Notes under the pieces: generated by a model | What the model was told of the DNA's origin: nothing | Databases searched by the model: none | Seen by the model: only the letters and a program-made list of their open reading frames with translations | Source: Lama guanicoe | Lineage: Eukaryota | DNA: 64,000 nucleotides | NCBI GenBank assembly: GCA_013239625.1 | Contig: MU053504.1 | Location: 1,118,001-1,182,000, forward strand | Direction of reading: 5' to 3' | Shown here: in pieces, positions 39,965-52,600 of the stretch | How the letters are laid out: each line of letters begins with the position of its first letter | Numbering within the stretch: the first letter of the stretch is position 1 | Position numbers and translations under genes: made by a program

Positions 39965-40470
39965 TCAAGATGATGAGAGGCCTCCAAACATGACTCATCA
40001 GGAAAGCCGGAGAAACGGATGTTTAACCTAGAGGAGAAGGGACATGTTGGAAGAGAAGGGGGTGTTTGCCAGCCAGGGGGAGAACATGATGATTGTCGGG
40101 TGAAGAGAGGGGTACAGGGGCTCGTGTGGGATCAGTGAGGGATAATGGGGGATAGGGGAGAAGCAGTGAGGACCAATGGGTAGAAGTTCTGAAATTCTCA
40201 GTTCAAATGGGGAAGAACTTTCTGGTCCTTTCAGTGCACTTGAATGCCAGATACTGAGAGCCCACCGGGTGCTCTAGGCACAGTGATGCAGTGGGGATGG
40301 AGTGGTGATGGAAACAGACAAAGATCCCACCCTCACGGAGCAGGGAAGATGTGTCTTAAACAGAATCGGCCCAGAAATAGATGTTACAGCCAGAGCTGTC
40401 TGGTGCCCGCTTGGGCTGCTTGAAGAGTGTGAGTTTCCTGTCTCCGGAGTTTTCATGAGAAAAGTGTCAG
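39965..40470 (+). mobile_element. CR1/L3 remnants
   Basis: GGATGTTTAACCTAGAGGAGAAG, GAGGACCAATGGGTAGAAGTT, GAAGAACTTTCT and GGGCTGC..GTGAGTTTCCTGTC. Confidence 0.5.
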
Positions 40471-40792
40471 GAAAGGGACACTTGCACTGGGAGAAAGGCT
40501 GGGTCCATGGTTTCTCATAAAATTCTGTGCCTTTACATGTGTTGCAAAATCTTCAGCAACCGTAAATCCCTTCATGAGAGGGAGAGAAAAGGCAAATGAT
40601 CAATTAGCATCTCTTTTTTTTCCTTTTTTTTTTAAAGCCCTTGTTCGCATGTTCCATCCGAACTGGAATCTGAGGGGCAGAGAGGGCAGCCAAGCAGGAA
40701 TTTCATCTGCGTGTAGTCGGGTGACTCCACCTGTGAATTGAAAATCATTTAGCTGAAATTGTGACACGGCTTGCCACGACAGCCCGCCTGCA

Positions 40793-40827
40793 GGCTGGGG
40801 CTGGGGCTGGGGCTGGGGCTGGGGCTG
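40793..40827 (+). repeat. (GGGGCT)5 hexamer repeat
   Basis: Five G4 tracts separated by CT at 40797-40824. Confidence 0.9.
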
Positions 40828-43469
40828 TGGCCGTGGTGCAATCTTCCCGCAGTGAATACCAAGTCGACTCAGAGCAAGGAGATGAGGTCCTGCTGCTGGG
40901 CAGTTAGCAGACCACAAAGAGCCCAGCCAGCGCATAGGCGGGGGAGGAGGGAAGCCGGCACCTCCCTGTCTACAGGAAGTGTCGTATCTACGATTTCAGG
41001 GTTTTGAACTTCCCTACCATGCTGGCACCTCTGAGGGAAGGCTAATGAGGAAACTGAGGCTCAGAGGAGTAACAGATTCTACCAAAGTCACACAGCAGGC
41101 CAACCCCAGAGCCCCACGTTCAGTCAGGGTCTTCTGAATCCACCTTGGGCATCATTCTACCACACCCCCGGGGGTCAAGATGGATCAACTACAGATCCTT
41201 CCAAGGAGAGACCAAGGGGCCAGTGAGCAGGCACCACCGTCCACAACTGTGGATCCCACTGCAAAATCTACAATACTCGGAGTACAGAGTGCTTTAAGGA
41301 TGACAAGAGAACTAAGAACATCGACACTAAGCTGTGACCCTGGGCCAGGCAGCGGCAGCGCTGAGTACTTACTCTCGTGCTCTCCCTCAATTCTCACAGC
41401 AAGTCCACCTCAGTTTTACAGATGAGGACACAGGGGCCTTGAAAGGCGAGGTGACAGCAGAGCCCGAGTTTGGACCCAGGTCTGAGTGAGCTCAGCGTTC
41501 TTCTTCAAGGGCAGCATGGCCTCGCCGTCACCCCTGCAGGTTGTCCTGCTGGGAAGGAGCGCTCAGGGTCCGAGTCGTGGCTCCCAGGCCAGAGCAGTAA
41601 CAATAATAAGAAACCTCGCTCCATCCATTTCCTTGTCCCCCACCTGAGGGTACACACAGCACCTCGCCCCACTCATCCCTCCCATTTGCACGGTTCTCGT
41701 GGTTTCTGGCAGGACTGACTCAGCATAACGAGGACTCTGCCCAGAGTCGCAGCCGTTGCGCTGGCAGAAACAGGACCCACGCTGCACACCACTTGACCTG
41801 CATATGCCTCTCTGTGCTCTGCTCTCCTCTGAGTCACCTGCCAGAGAACCAGGGGCCACATTCTGCAGGGCATGGGTGCAGAGCCACCAGAGCCTTGGGA
41901 AAGGCCAAGGTCCCACCTCACTTAGGCAGCCCACCTCCAGGTTAAGCTAACAGACTCTGCAGTCACTCACCCATGGGCGTGAATCTCCTGGTTGCACAGA
42001 CTCGAGCTAATTCGTTCCCTCTCCTGTAAGGCAGCAAAAATAACGGTGCCCGTGTCGTAGGATTGACCTGAAGACAGGAAAAGGTAATAACTGTGATGTG
42101 TTTGACTAGTGCCTGCCCGAGGTGAGCGCCAAATTGACGGTAATTATTATTTCCAACTTTACATTGATTGATTGATTCATTTATTCAAAAATAAGTGTTC
42201 TCCTGCAGTGTGACAAACCCATGCTCGGTTCAGAGAAGATGTGAATAATGCTCAGCCTGGACTGTCAGAGAGCTAGGTCTAGGGATGGGGACAGATGTAA
42301 ACAGATCATCTCAGTGCAGGGAGATGCGTATGGTGAGAGAGGTCCTGAAGTGTGCAAAGTGCTCTTTTCCAATCTGCCTTTCTATTCAGACTCACTTTTC
42401 TCAAGATCCAGTGTTACCAACTTTTCCCGGAAGACGTAATCTTGTCATCGTGGTTCCAGGTCTTCCTTCCCACTCTAACTCTGGGGGAGGCCTCGGAAAT
42501 TTCTGCTCTGTCATGAACACTTGAAGCATTACCATTTTTTGAAACTCACCTTGTCTATCACAGGAACCCTTGTAAATGTCCACCATACTATCCACAGGTC
42601 TTGTAAATATCCATAGTAGGACCTTTTGAAAAATAGATCCCCTTAAAGCAACAAATAAGCAAACAAAACATGTAGAATGTCAGAGTCTCCCCCTACCCAG
42701 CTTTTTTCAATAGACTTGGAAGCTGGATTCAGAGAGGGTCTAAGACTTTCCCTCCAGTGTTACTGAGAGCATGGCAGAACCGGAACTAAACCATGTCACA
42801 GGGACAGCTTCAGTGGCTATTACCATTGCCTCATTTAAAAGAACAGTTTCCCCCCCATCTGAAGTCAAATTGACGTTTGATTCCAGATGACACCTCAATT
42901 TAATCCATTATGGTATACATCCATGCACTTCCCGCTTTCTTCATCCCACCTGGTTATTCCCCCGTTTAAGTGGGTCCAGAAATGGGGGCATGCCTCCCCC
43001 CAATCACAGGCGAGGCTTCCGAGGCTTCCAAGGCTTCAAGGTTTAGTGATGGCCCATGGCCCAGCCCGCATTGGAGCTCAGTGCTTCTAACACCAAATCA
43101 AGTGCCCTTTCTGCCACACTGTAACCTGAACAAGTGGGCCGTGATGAGCATCTCTTACTCACAAAGTGGAGACTGCCGAGGAGTGCGGATGCTGAGAAAG
43201 GACCAGGCAATCTTCTGTTTTGTCTTCTGCAGAGACATTTCTTTGACCCCCAGGGGACTTCTTGGCATCAGCTCCAGACGATATACTTCAAGAAAAGCAT
43301 GACATCATTTCCTGAACCCTACGATCCAGGAAGTTCATCTCTGGGGGAAAAAAATCATAAAAACAAACTCCTTGTGTGTCTTTCTTACCTCCCCTTTTCT
43401 CCCCAAGCTGGTCTTGCACAAGCAGGATGACCTTCCATTGGGTGACAAATATGTCGTAAGTGAAACGTT

Positions 43470-43638
43470 TACAGGCACTACAGGAATGACCTGGTGCCTC
43501 ACCCACCTCATTAGAATTCTAATTGGGGTGTGTAGGAGAGGCTTCTATAAATGGTAAGGCGATCCCAGCAGCCTGTCTCCCCACATCGTCCGTGCCATTC
43601 CCAGACGAGCCCAGAGAGGAGGCAGAGGAAGGAGAAAC
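43470..43638 (+). promoter_or_regulatory. TGM3: TGM3 proximal promoter and 5' UTR
   Basis: TATAAA at 43546-43551, an Ets-type CAGGAAT at 43481-43487, and a palindrome ATTAGAATTCTAAT at 43510-43523. The TSS is inferred at about 43575-43580. Confidence 0.75.
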
Positions 43639-43645
43639 ATGTCTG
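43639..43645 (+). CDS. TGM3: TGM3 exon 1 coding part (ATG TCT G)
   Basis: The sequence GAGGCAGAGGAAGGAGAAAC-ATG-TCT-G|GTGAGT has a consensus donor at 43646 and A at -3 of the ATG. It lies 93 nt downstream of TATAAA. A 7-nt phase-1 first coding exon matches the recalled TGM3 structure. Confidence 0.88.
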
Positions 43646-46600
43646 GTGAGTGCACATGGTGTTTTCTCTGCCGGTCCCCACTGGACGTCCATGCTTCTCC
43701 TGGGCTGTCTGAGAGGACAGAGTGTTCAGCTCGGGACAGCTGCCTTGGGGCCTTAGAGAGTAGATCTTAGTATTTCGGGGTTCTATTCAGAGGCACCTCA
43801 TTCTCAGTGGCTGCCTAGTCTCTCTAGTGTGGTCCCGGGGTAGAGCATGTTCGGGGCGGATTTCTGCTTAATGGGCAAGGTATTCATTCAATGAAGCTGG
43901 AGGTCACATCCCCTTAGACAGATGGACCAGCTCTGCCCTTTGAAGTCAGCCGGTACCTGCTTCCCAAGTTTCTCAATGCAGTTCTACCAGCTGCCAGTAA
44001 TGTAGTCAAGGAAAAGCACGTCTCAGAGCTACAAGGGAGAGTGGGTGAGTGACAGCATGTCAGTTGCTTTCAAAGAAACCACCAGTGGCACTGGAATGCT
44101 CCTAAGTAAACGACACATCCGGAAGCACCGGCAGGCTCTTTGGAAGTGACTTGATGAGCTGAAATAGCCAGGAGCAGAAGGAGCAGGTTTGCCGAAGACA
44201 GTTCCTAGGAGTGCACCAGGGCAGGGGTGAGAAAGCACAGCTGGGAAGAACACAGGTTCTCTGGCTCTGTGGTCACGTGGAGGACTGGGTTCTGGTCGGA
44301 TGGCACCCCTGTTAAGCTGCGTGCTAATTATTGCCTGTTGTGGGTGCTCAGCCTAGTGGGTTGGCAGCGACGCCAAACCCAAACAAGGCATGAGTCAAAC
44401 CAGTAAAATATTGTCAATGGTGGTTAGGGTCACAGGAAGTTTTGCCCAAGAAATCGCTTAGCACAATGCAAAAGGCAAATGCTGGTTGCTTCAGAGATCA
44501 CAAAGACCAAGACAGGGAGGCTGCAAAAATGGACCCTTCCCCTGTCCCCCACTTCCTCCTTTGAGCCTGCAGCCGCGCTAGCTGCTGAAAACAGGAGTTG
44601 TGGATCCTGTTTACTTTAACAAGAAGGGATGTCAGCTGTCACACCCAGGCCACTTCACTGCCTCTGGAGGAGGTGGCCCAGGAAGGGGCAGAGACTTACG
44701 GGGTCCCACAGAAACTGGATAGCAGAGCCCAGACTAGGTTCCAGAAGGGCCCTTCCCACTGAGTCCTGTTTCCAGAGCTGAGCTCCCACATCAGTGCGTG
44801 TGACATCTGCAACACAGAAAAGTAATTCTGAACCTGGTTTCTCATTTGAACTCTTACCAACAGCCACCACTGAGCCTCAGGCTCCCAGGTTAAGACCAAG
44901 GTCCAGGCCGGTCCTGGTCACTCACCACACAGTGCTGTGTACATGGTTCCTGGATGAATGAGTTAGCTTACTGGACAGCACAAGGGTGGCGGGAGCACCC
45001 AGATCAGTGCGATGGGGTGTCTGCCCTCCGTGGGCTTGCAGCCTGCCTGTGTTGTTGACACCAGTCACAGCCAAGTGACATGCGAGGTGGATTGTGGTCA
45101 GGCAGCTTTATAAATCCAGGCTGGTGCTGTGGGGCCAGAAGGAGGAGGAGAATCCTGGCCACAGTTTCAGATGGAAGGACCCTGGGAACCAGGGGCACTT
45201 GGTCATGGACAATGAGCTGGACTTGGTCTGAGGTAGTTTTGTGGGGTGAGGAGTGTTCTGGGCAGAGGGAATGGAAAAGAAATGTGAGGGAAGGTGGGCG
45301 AGAGTGACCTGGGGAACCCACGTGTGCTGGTCTGAGAGCACTGTGTCCAGCTCTCCGTCTAAGGTTCTTGTTGTGATCAGTGGGGTTCTCCCAGTGGAGA
45401 GGGTCACCTAGGCAGTGGAGAGGGTCACCTGGGCAGTGGAGAGGGTCACCTGGGCAGTGGAGAGGGTGGAGGGGATGACGGGGGTGGAGGGAGGCCTGGC
45501 AGTGTTCTGCACAAAGTAGTCCGGCACCCTCTGCCTGCTGCCCACTGAGGCCAGAGCCTCACTGCGAACAGGAATGAGGTTGTGGACACAGACGCTGGGC
45601 CCAATGTGGCAGGGAAGCATTGCTCCCCATCCTCAAAGCCACTCAGAGGCCCTGGGTCAGAGGCAGAGTCCTCAGGGTTCAAACCTGGACACAGAGCTCT
45701 GCCTGCAGGAGGCCAGAACCCCTGTGCTGGGGACTAGGGCTCTGTCCCACAGGGCCGGTGAGCTTTGCTGGCTGACTAATTATGGTCCCCAGCCTCAGTC
45801 CCCAGTCTCCAGGGACCTGTGCCTCTCTGGGCTTGGGGTCAGCACAGAACACCTTTCCTTGGAGCTGGGACGCTGGTGGCTCTTTCTCCATTTCGCAGCC
45901 CCCGTGCTGGGGTCTGGCTGCTCTGTTCACCTCGTGTAACTTTTCTTGCTCGGCCTCTACCTGCTGGGCTGCGCTCCACGGGTGGGGCAGCCCTCCTCCT
46001 CCCCGGGGCCCAGATGCCGGCCCAGGGCGTGAACAGGAGTTAGGAAATGCTTTCCGCGGGAACCAAGGGCCAGGTCTTCCACTGAGAGGGGTTCAGAGGG
46101 AGCCTGCCTTCCTCTCTCTCAGCCTGTATTCCTCCTTTTAAAATAAGAGACAGTGGTTTCTGCCCTGCCTCCCTTCCAGAGCGGCTGGATGGCTCCGGTA
46201 AAAGAGCTCTGATGAGTGTAAACGCTATGCAGACCTAAAGTACTGATTCTCAGTCCTGGCTCCATGTTAGAATCATCAGGAGAGTTCAAGGGGGAAAAAT
46301 GCAATGCTGTGCCTAGCACAGAGATTCTAACTTCACGGATCAGTGGTGGTGTTCAGGCTAACATGACCCTTTCCAGGTGATTCTCCCGTGCAGTGCAGTG
46401 AGGGTCTGAGAGATCCTAAACTCTCTCTGGAAGTGAAGAAGGCCAGGAGTCCTTCTTTTCTCTCCTCTTGCTATGACCGTGTGATGTCAAGGCAGGGATG
46501 AGGCCGCGGGAGGACCTTTCTGAACTGTGGCATCTTCCTGGAACCGTGCCTGTCACTGCTGCCACCACCTTGGCTGGCTTCAGGGTGGCTGCTTGGAGTC

Positions 46601-49600
46601 GCATGTGGTCAGGCCACACAGGGCTTGGGACCAGGCCCTGCTTGAGTGGGTGATATCTGGCAAGTGACGTCACCTGACTGGACTTCCAAATCCCTCATCT
46701 GTGAAATGGGAATAATCATATCACGTTGGAGGGGGAGTAACCATGAAAAGACATATGCTGGCAAAATGCTTAGCATTGTGTCTGCACATCTGAGGTTCTC
46801 CATGGCAGCCCACAGAAAAGCTCAAACCCCCCTCTATCCTGGGTTGCTGATGCCATTACGTGTGGGATCCCAAGGCATTGGTACCTGTCCCACCTCTGAA
46901 GGCCCCAGTGCTAGTGATGGGCTCCTGTGGGATCCCAACAATAACCCTACGAAGGGGGATGTTCAGTTTCACCATCCCCGTCTGCAGAGATGCTGAGACC
47001 ATGGCCAAGGCCGCTCAGCCACCCGTTCAGGGGTCATTCCCCTTCACCCTGGAGAACCTCGCCAGCCCCTCGCTCGGCCACCCAGGGAGCCCCAGTCTTC
47101 CCCACTGTCTGGGCGCCGAGAAATCACATCACCTATGCTGCACAGGGACTGACAATGTCCAAATGTGGGGGAAAGATGAAGGGAGGCGGCACAGGCTAAA
47201 GAGAGAGAGAAGAGACTGGTGAAGGCTAAGAGGAAACCACTGGTGCTCCCGGGGTGAGTGGGGCCCCGGCCAGGAGCTGGAGACGTCCTGGGCCTGGAGA
47301 GGAGGGGCAGGGGGCTGCTGGGAATGACTCATCCCCCCCCCACTGACCAGGACCTAAGACCTGGTTTCTGGGCCAAGCTCTGCTTCTGAACTACCCTGTG
47401 ACCTCAGCAGATGGCTTCCTCTTCCAGGGCCTCAGTTTTCTTACCTGTAACATGGGAATATTGGACTACATCCCTATTTTTCAAGCTGCCGGTTGTCATC
47501 CATTAGCAAGTTGGGAAACCAGTTTAGTGGATTGTGACCTGCAAATTTTTTTAAATGAATTAAAAAACAGCAGTGCATTGTACGTAGTGAGGGTTAGCAT
47601 TGTTCTGTGAAACTTTACCTCAATTATGGACCCATGAGTGTAAACAATGTATAAAATGAATTTCTCAATGTGGTCTCTTCTAAGAAGTTGAAGGCCAGAT
47701 GATATTGAACACATCTATCAGCCCTAAATAACTGTAGAAATTGTAAGATTTCAAAAAAACCCAAAACTTTTGTCTAGAAGAGAGACCTAGGGAATAGGGT
47801 CTGAGCAGGCGGGGGAGATGCAGCCCCCAGAGTATCGGCATGTCGTGACAGGCACCTGCCAGCAGCTCTCTGGTCCTCTCAGGAGGAGTAGGTGAAAATC
47901 CCGGCCCCACACTTGCAACCAAGTCCCCCTCCCTGTCTGCTGAGGGGACCTGCTTACAGCATCAGCCGATAAGGATGGAGACGAGTGAGCCCCTCTCGCA
48001 GTCTGGAGCCTGTTCCGAGCTCCTTGTGTGACCCCTGCTAAAGGTGGACCACAGACCAAGTGGAGGGTTACGTTATCATGTATATATGTAATTAGGCTTG
48101 GCTGTGAATGACAGTGAGCCCCAACTAACATGGCTTAGAGAGCTAAACAAGACAAAGTCTACTTGTTCCTCACACAATAGGTCTGGATGTGGGCAGTTCC
48201 GGGGGGTAAGGCAGCTGCAAAATCCCTGGGGCCCAGGCTCTGTGCAGGCGCACACCCTGACATCCTGAGGTCATGCTCGGTCTAAGATGACCTCTAGAGT
48301 CGTATCCACATCACACTCACACTCAGGGCAGTGGATGAAAGAAGACAGAGGTGAGCAGGCTAAGAGCATTTGCCAACTTTGTTTTGAAAAAGACATTTCC
48401 TCAAAGGGATTGAAAACAGATATTCAGATAAATACTTGCAAGTGAGCATTCATAGCAGCACGAGTCACAAGAGCCAAAAGTTAGACACTACCCTAATGTC
48501 CCTCAAGGGATGAATGGAGGAACAAAATACAGTATATCAATATGGTGGAATATTATTCAGCCATAAAAAAGGAATGACCCAGTACTGATAAATGCTACCA
48601 CATGGGTGAACTTTGAAAACATTATGCTAAGTGAAAGAAACCAGACCCAAAGACTACATCTATGTGTGATTCCATTGACATGAAATGACCAGAAGAGGCA
48701 AATCCATGGGAACAGAAAGTAGATCAGTGGTCGCCAGGGGGATAGAGTTATTTTGGGGGGTGGGGAGTGACTGCTAATGAGCAGGGGGTTTCTTTTGGGG
48801 GAAAAGTTCTGAAACTGGATAGTGGTGATGGTTGCACAACACTGTGAATGTACTAAATGTCACTGAATTGTATGCTTTAAAATGGTTAAAATTGTGAATT
48901 TTACCTCAATTAAAAAAAAGAAGGTTTTCTGGAAATTAATCCATATAGCTGATACCTAAGAGTCATTGGCCAGAACTCATTCACGTGGTCCCCCAGCTAC
49001 AAGGGAACCTGGGAAAATGTGCCCATTAACATGGGAGATTTCATTACCAGGAAAGAAGGAGCAAGTAAACATTGGGATAGAGCTTCAGCAGTCACTACCA
49101 GGTTAGGACTGCCTGTGGCACTGATGTTCTCAGGAAAAAACAATTAGGGAAATGGCCCCACGCCTGACACTGGAGTTCACCCATGACTCAAGGAGGTGGG
49201 CCGGAATTTTGAGAAGAGCCCTGAGACGAGAGTTCAGAAATGCCCCATTGTGGGCAAACCACCTCCCGGGCCTCCAAGGCCTCACCTCCAGAAGCAGCGT
49301 GGGGAGGGTGTGCGCTGTCTCCAAGGTTGCCTTTCCTCTAATGTTTTTCAAGAGCATATGCTGATGAGTCAATTGTGAGAGCTGATGCCCTTTCATCCCT
49401 GCCCTTCACCCAGGCAGGGGCAGAAAACAGCCCTGAGGCTCATAAACTTGAGAAGAAACTTGGATGGTTGTGTATCTCCCCCCCAACCCTGCCCCGCCCC
49501 TGCCCTTTTCTTTCTAGAACACACTCTGGCTATGATTTGTGCTACATCAAGGGATGGTGGGAGGGGTCAGCAGAGGCCCCTGCATAATCCACAGACAGGA

Positions 49601-52600
49601 TCATCAGATCCTTGGTTTGGGGCTGGCCAAGCCGATCCTAGAGTTCAGAAGTGGGGCAATGACTGAGGGAGGCAGCTAGTTGAAGGAAAGGGTTTCAGGA
49701 ACCTCCCTGGGGGCTTTGTGAGCATACACTCAACCTGCCCGTCCCCCTGGGGATGTGAGGACCCTCCCCTTCTGCTTACCTCCCACGTAGAATGCCCTTT
49801 GGAACACAGTGTCCCCTTCTGGGTGCTCACTCTCCTGTGTCAGGATGCACATGCCAGCAAGGGGAGATCTGCCTAGCGAGGGCTCCTCCTCACCTGGGGA
49901 ACTTCCGGACTGAAGGTCCTGCCTGGTCCCCTCCCAGGCAGGGAACAGGGGACCATGGCAGCAGGGGAAGGTCATCAGACCTGGGCTCAGAATCCTGGCT
50001 CTACCAATTCACTAGGTATATGACCTCGAAGATATTTCTCTCTCTGAGCATCAGTTTCCAGTTTCCGTAAAGATTTCATGGATGACACGTGTAAGGTGCT
50101 CTGTATACTCTTAATAGCAGTTGACATACAGCAGACTGGTGACATGCTGAGTGAGCCCTGCTTTTCCTCATCTTCCAGCTCAGAGAAGACTTGTGTATCC
50201 CACAAGCACCCCAGTGGGGAGCAAGACTCCTTCTCACTAGGGTTCACCCTTGGAGAGGCTGAGATGGCCATCACAGTCGCCCCACAAGGGCTCTTGTCTC
50301 CTTTCGGTGTCCCTGCAGCCAAAGCACCCCAGAGCTCAGTCTTTTCTTCATCGTTTTCCCTACAGACAAGTCATTGGGTTCCAGGATGAAAGGGAGACAC
50401 CTCTACTTTTTTTTTTTTTGGTAGTTAGAATTGTTTCATTTTTCAGTACTTAAAAAGCAAACCTATATACTCTTTCAAAAACCCAGCTCTTGGTTTGATT
50501 GCTTTTTTTCTGTTTTTTTTTTAATTTCTTATTTTATTTATTTCCTCCCTGATCTTTATTATTTAAGCAAACCTATATAAACTAGCTGTGTATACTTTTG
50601 TGTGTTGATTCTTTTTTCGTGCATATCCCCTTTTTAACTGAAGTATAGTTGATTTACAATATTGTATTAATTTCAGGTGTATAACATCGTGATTCAATAT
50701 TTCATAGATTATACTCCATTTAAAGTTATTACAAAATATCAGCTATATTCCCTGTACTGTACAATCTTTCCTTCTAACATTCATTTATACATAGTTTGTA
50801 CCTCTTAATCCTCTACCTCTATCTAGCCCCTCCCTTTTCCCCTCCCCACTGGTAACCACTTACTTTGTTCTCTGTATCTGTAAGTCTATTTCTGTTCTGT
50901 TATATTCATTCATTTGTTTCTTTTTTTTTCCAGATTCCACATATGTGATAACACACAGTATTTGTCTTCTGTCTGACTTATTTCACTAAACATAATTCTC
51001 TCCAGATTCATCCATGTTGTTGCAAGTGGCAAAACTTTATTCTTTGTTACGGCTGAGTAGTATTCCATTGTATGTATATGCACCACATCTTGTTTATCCA
51101 TTCATCTATTGGTGGACTTGTTGCTATCTTGGCTATTGTAAATAATGCTGCTGTGAACATTGGGTTGCATGTATCTGTTTGAATCAGTATTTTTGTGTCC
51201 CTTGGAATAGATACCCAGGAGTGGAATTGCTGCATCATATGGTAATTCTGTTTTTAGTTTTTGAGGAACCTCCATACTGTTTTCTATAGTGGTTGTACCA
51301 ATTTACATTCCCTCCAGCAGTGTAGGAGGGTTCCCTTTTCTCCACATCCTTACCAAGATTTGTTGTTTGTGGAGACACCTCTGGTATTGACACCGCCACC
51401 ACAAACAGTGCGTAAACCTTGGCAGAGCAAAGAAGGATGTGGGCCTGTTGGAGGGAAGGCAGAAGTGGCTCTAGATGGGAATCTCTGCCACCCCTCTTTC
51501 CTTACCCTTGTGCTTCGCAGAGTGCTGTCTGGGGACATGCTTTCTGCTCTCAAAGAGCTCATGGTCAAGAATAGTGAGCTTCTCCTGGGGAGAAGGCACA
51601 CATCCTTTTGGGTTGGAGAGGGAAAGAATCTCTGGGGAGACTCATGTGACCTGAAGTCACATGTTCCTTAGAGCTCTTCTTTTTACTAAAACAAAACTGA
51701 GAGCAAAGCTCCACCAAATCCCAGAGATGGGGATGCCCAGAAGGCAGGGAGCACAGTTGGTAGGAGGCGGGGGTTTAAAATGTGGGGACATTGCCCTAGA
51801 GAGACCTAGCGGTGAGCAAGTTAGCTCTCTGCAAGCCAAATAGAGCTCAGTATTTGCCAGAGAGTGCCCTAGAGCTAAGCTGTCTCTGCTCGATACTGAC
51901 GTACAGGAATGTTCATCTTCTTTCCTCCCTTTTTGTGTCCCGCCTTCCCTCCCTTTGCCCTGCATTTCATTCAATAGATTGATTACATGAATATTTGTTG
52001 ATTGCATTAATGTTTTAGCTTCCCTGAGTTTGTGGAAAAACTTATTAATCTATTCTCTCAATAACTATTTGTTGAATGAATGAATGAGTTGGATATGTGA
52101 ATGAACAGATCTTTGGTACCTTGAGCTGGTGGCAAGATCACCTCCCGAGCCCTGCCTCCAGCTGCAGCCTTTGTCTCCTGACCCACAGAATCTGCATCCC
52201 ACTCAAGAGGGTGTCTAGGACGAGCCTCTCTTTTCTCCGGAGCTGCTTGGGTGGGAGCTCCAGTGGGAGCCACATTCTCTCCTCCTCCTCTTTCTCTTCT
52301 GTGCAAAATCTGCTGGGCCTTGGGTCCCTCTGCCTCTGATCTGGAATGCAGGCTGCTCCATGGACACCTGACAAAACTCTCTCTTCCTTCCAGGTCCGGC
52401 ATTTCCAGTGGAGCTTTTTTTTGATCCCTATACCTGAAAATAATTCTTTCCTGTCTGCATCTCCTAGACATCTTTTGGGCAGGGGTTGGATTTCCCTCAT
52501 CCCATCATTCATTCTCATTTATTTGTGCTTGTCTTAAGCGCTGCTGACGCTACTTGAGGGTTAAAACTTCTTTTCATACATTTTCACACCCCCAACATGG

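Noticed and set aside
45392..45467. CRISPR-like array
   Set aside because: The units are head-to-tail with no unique spacers, the context is eukaryotic and there are no cas genes.
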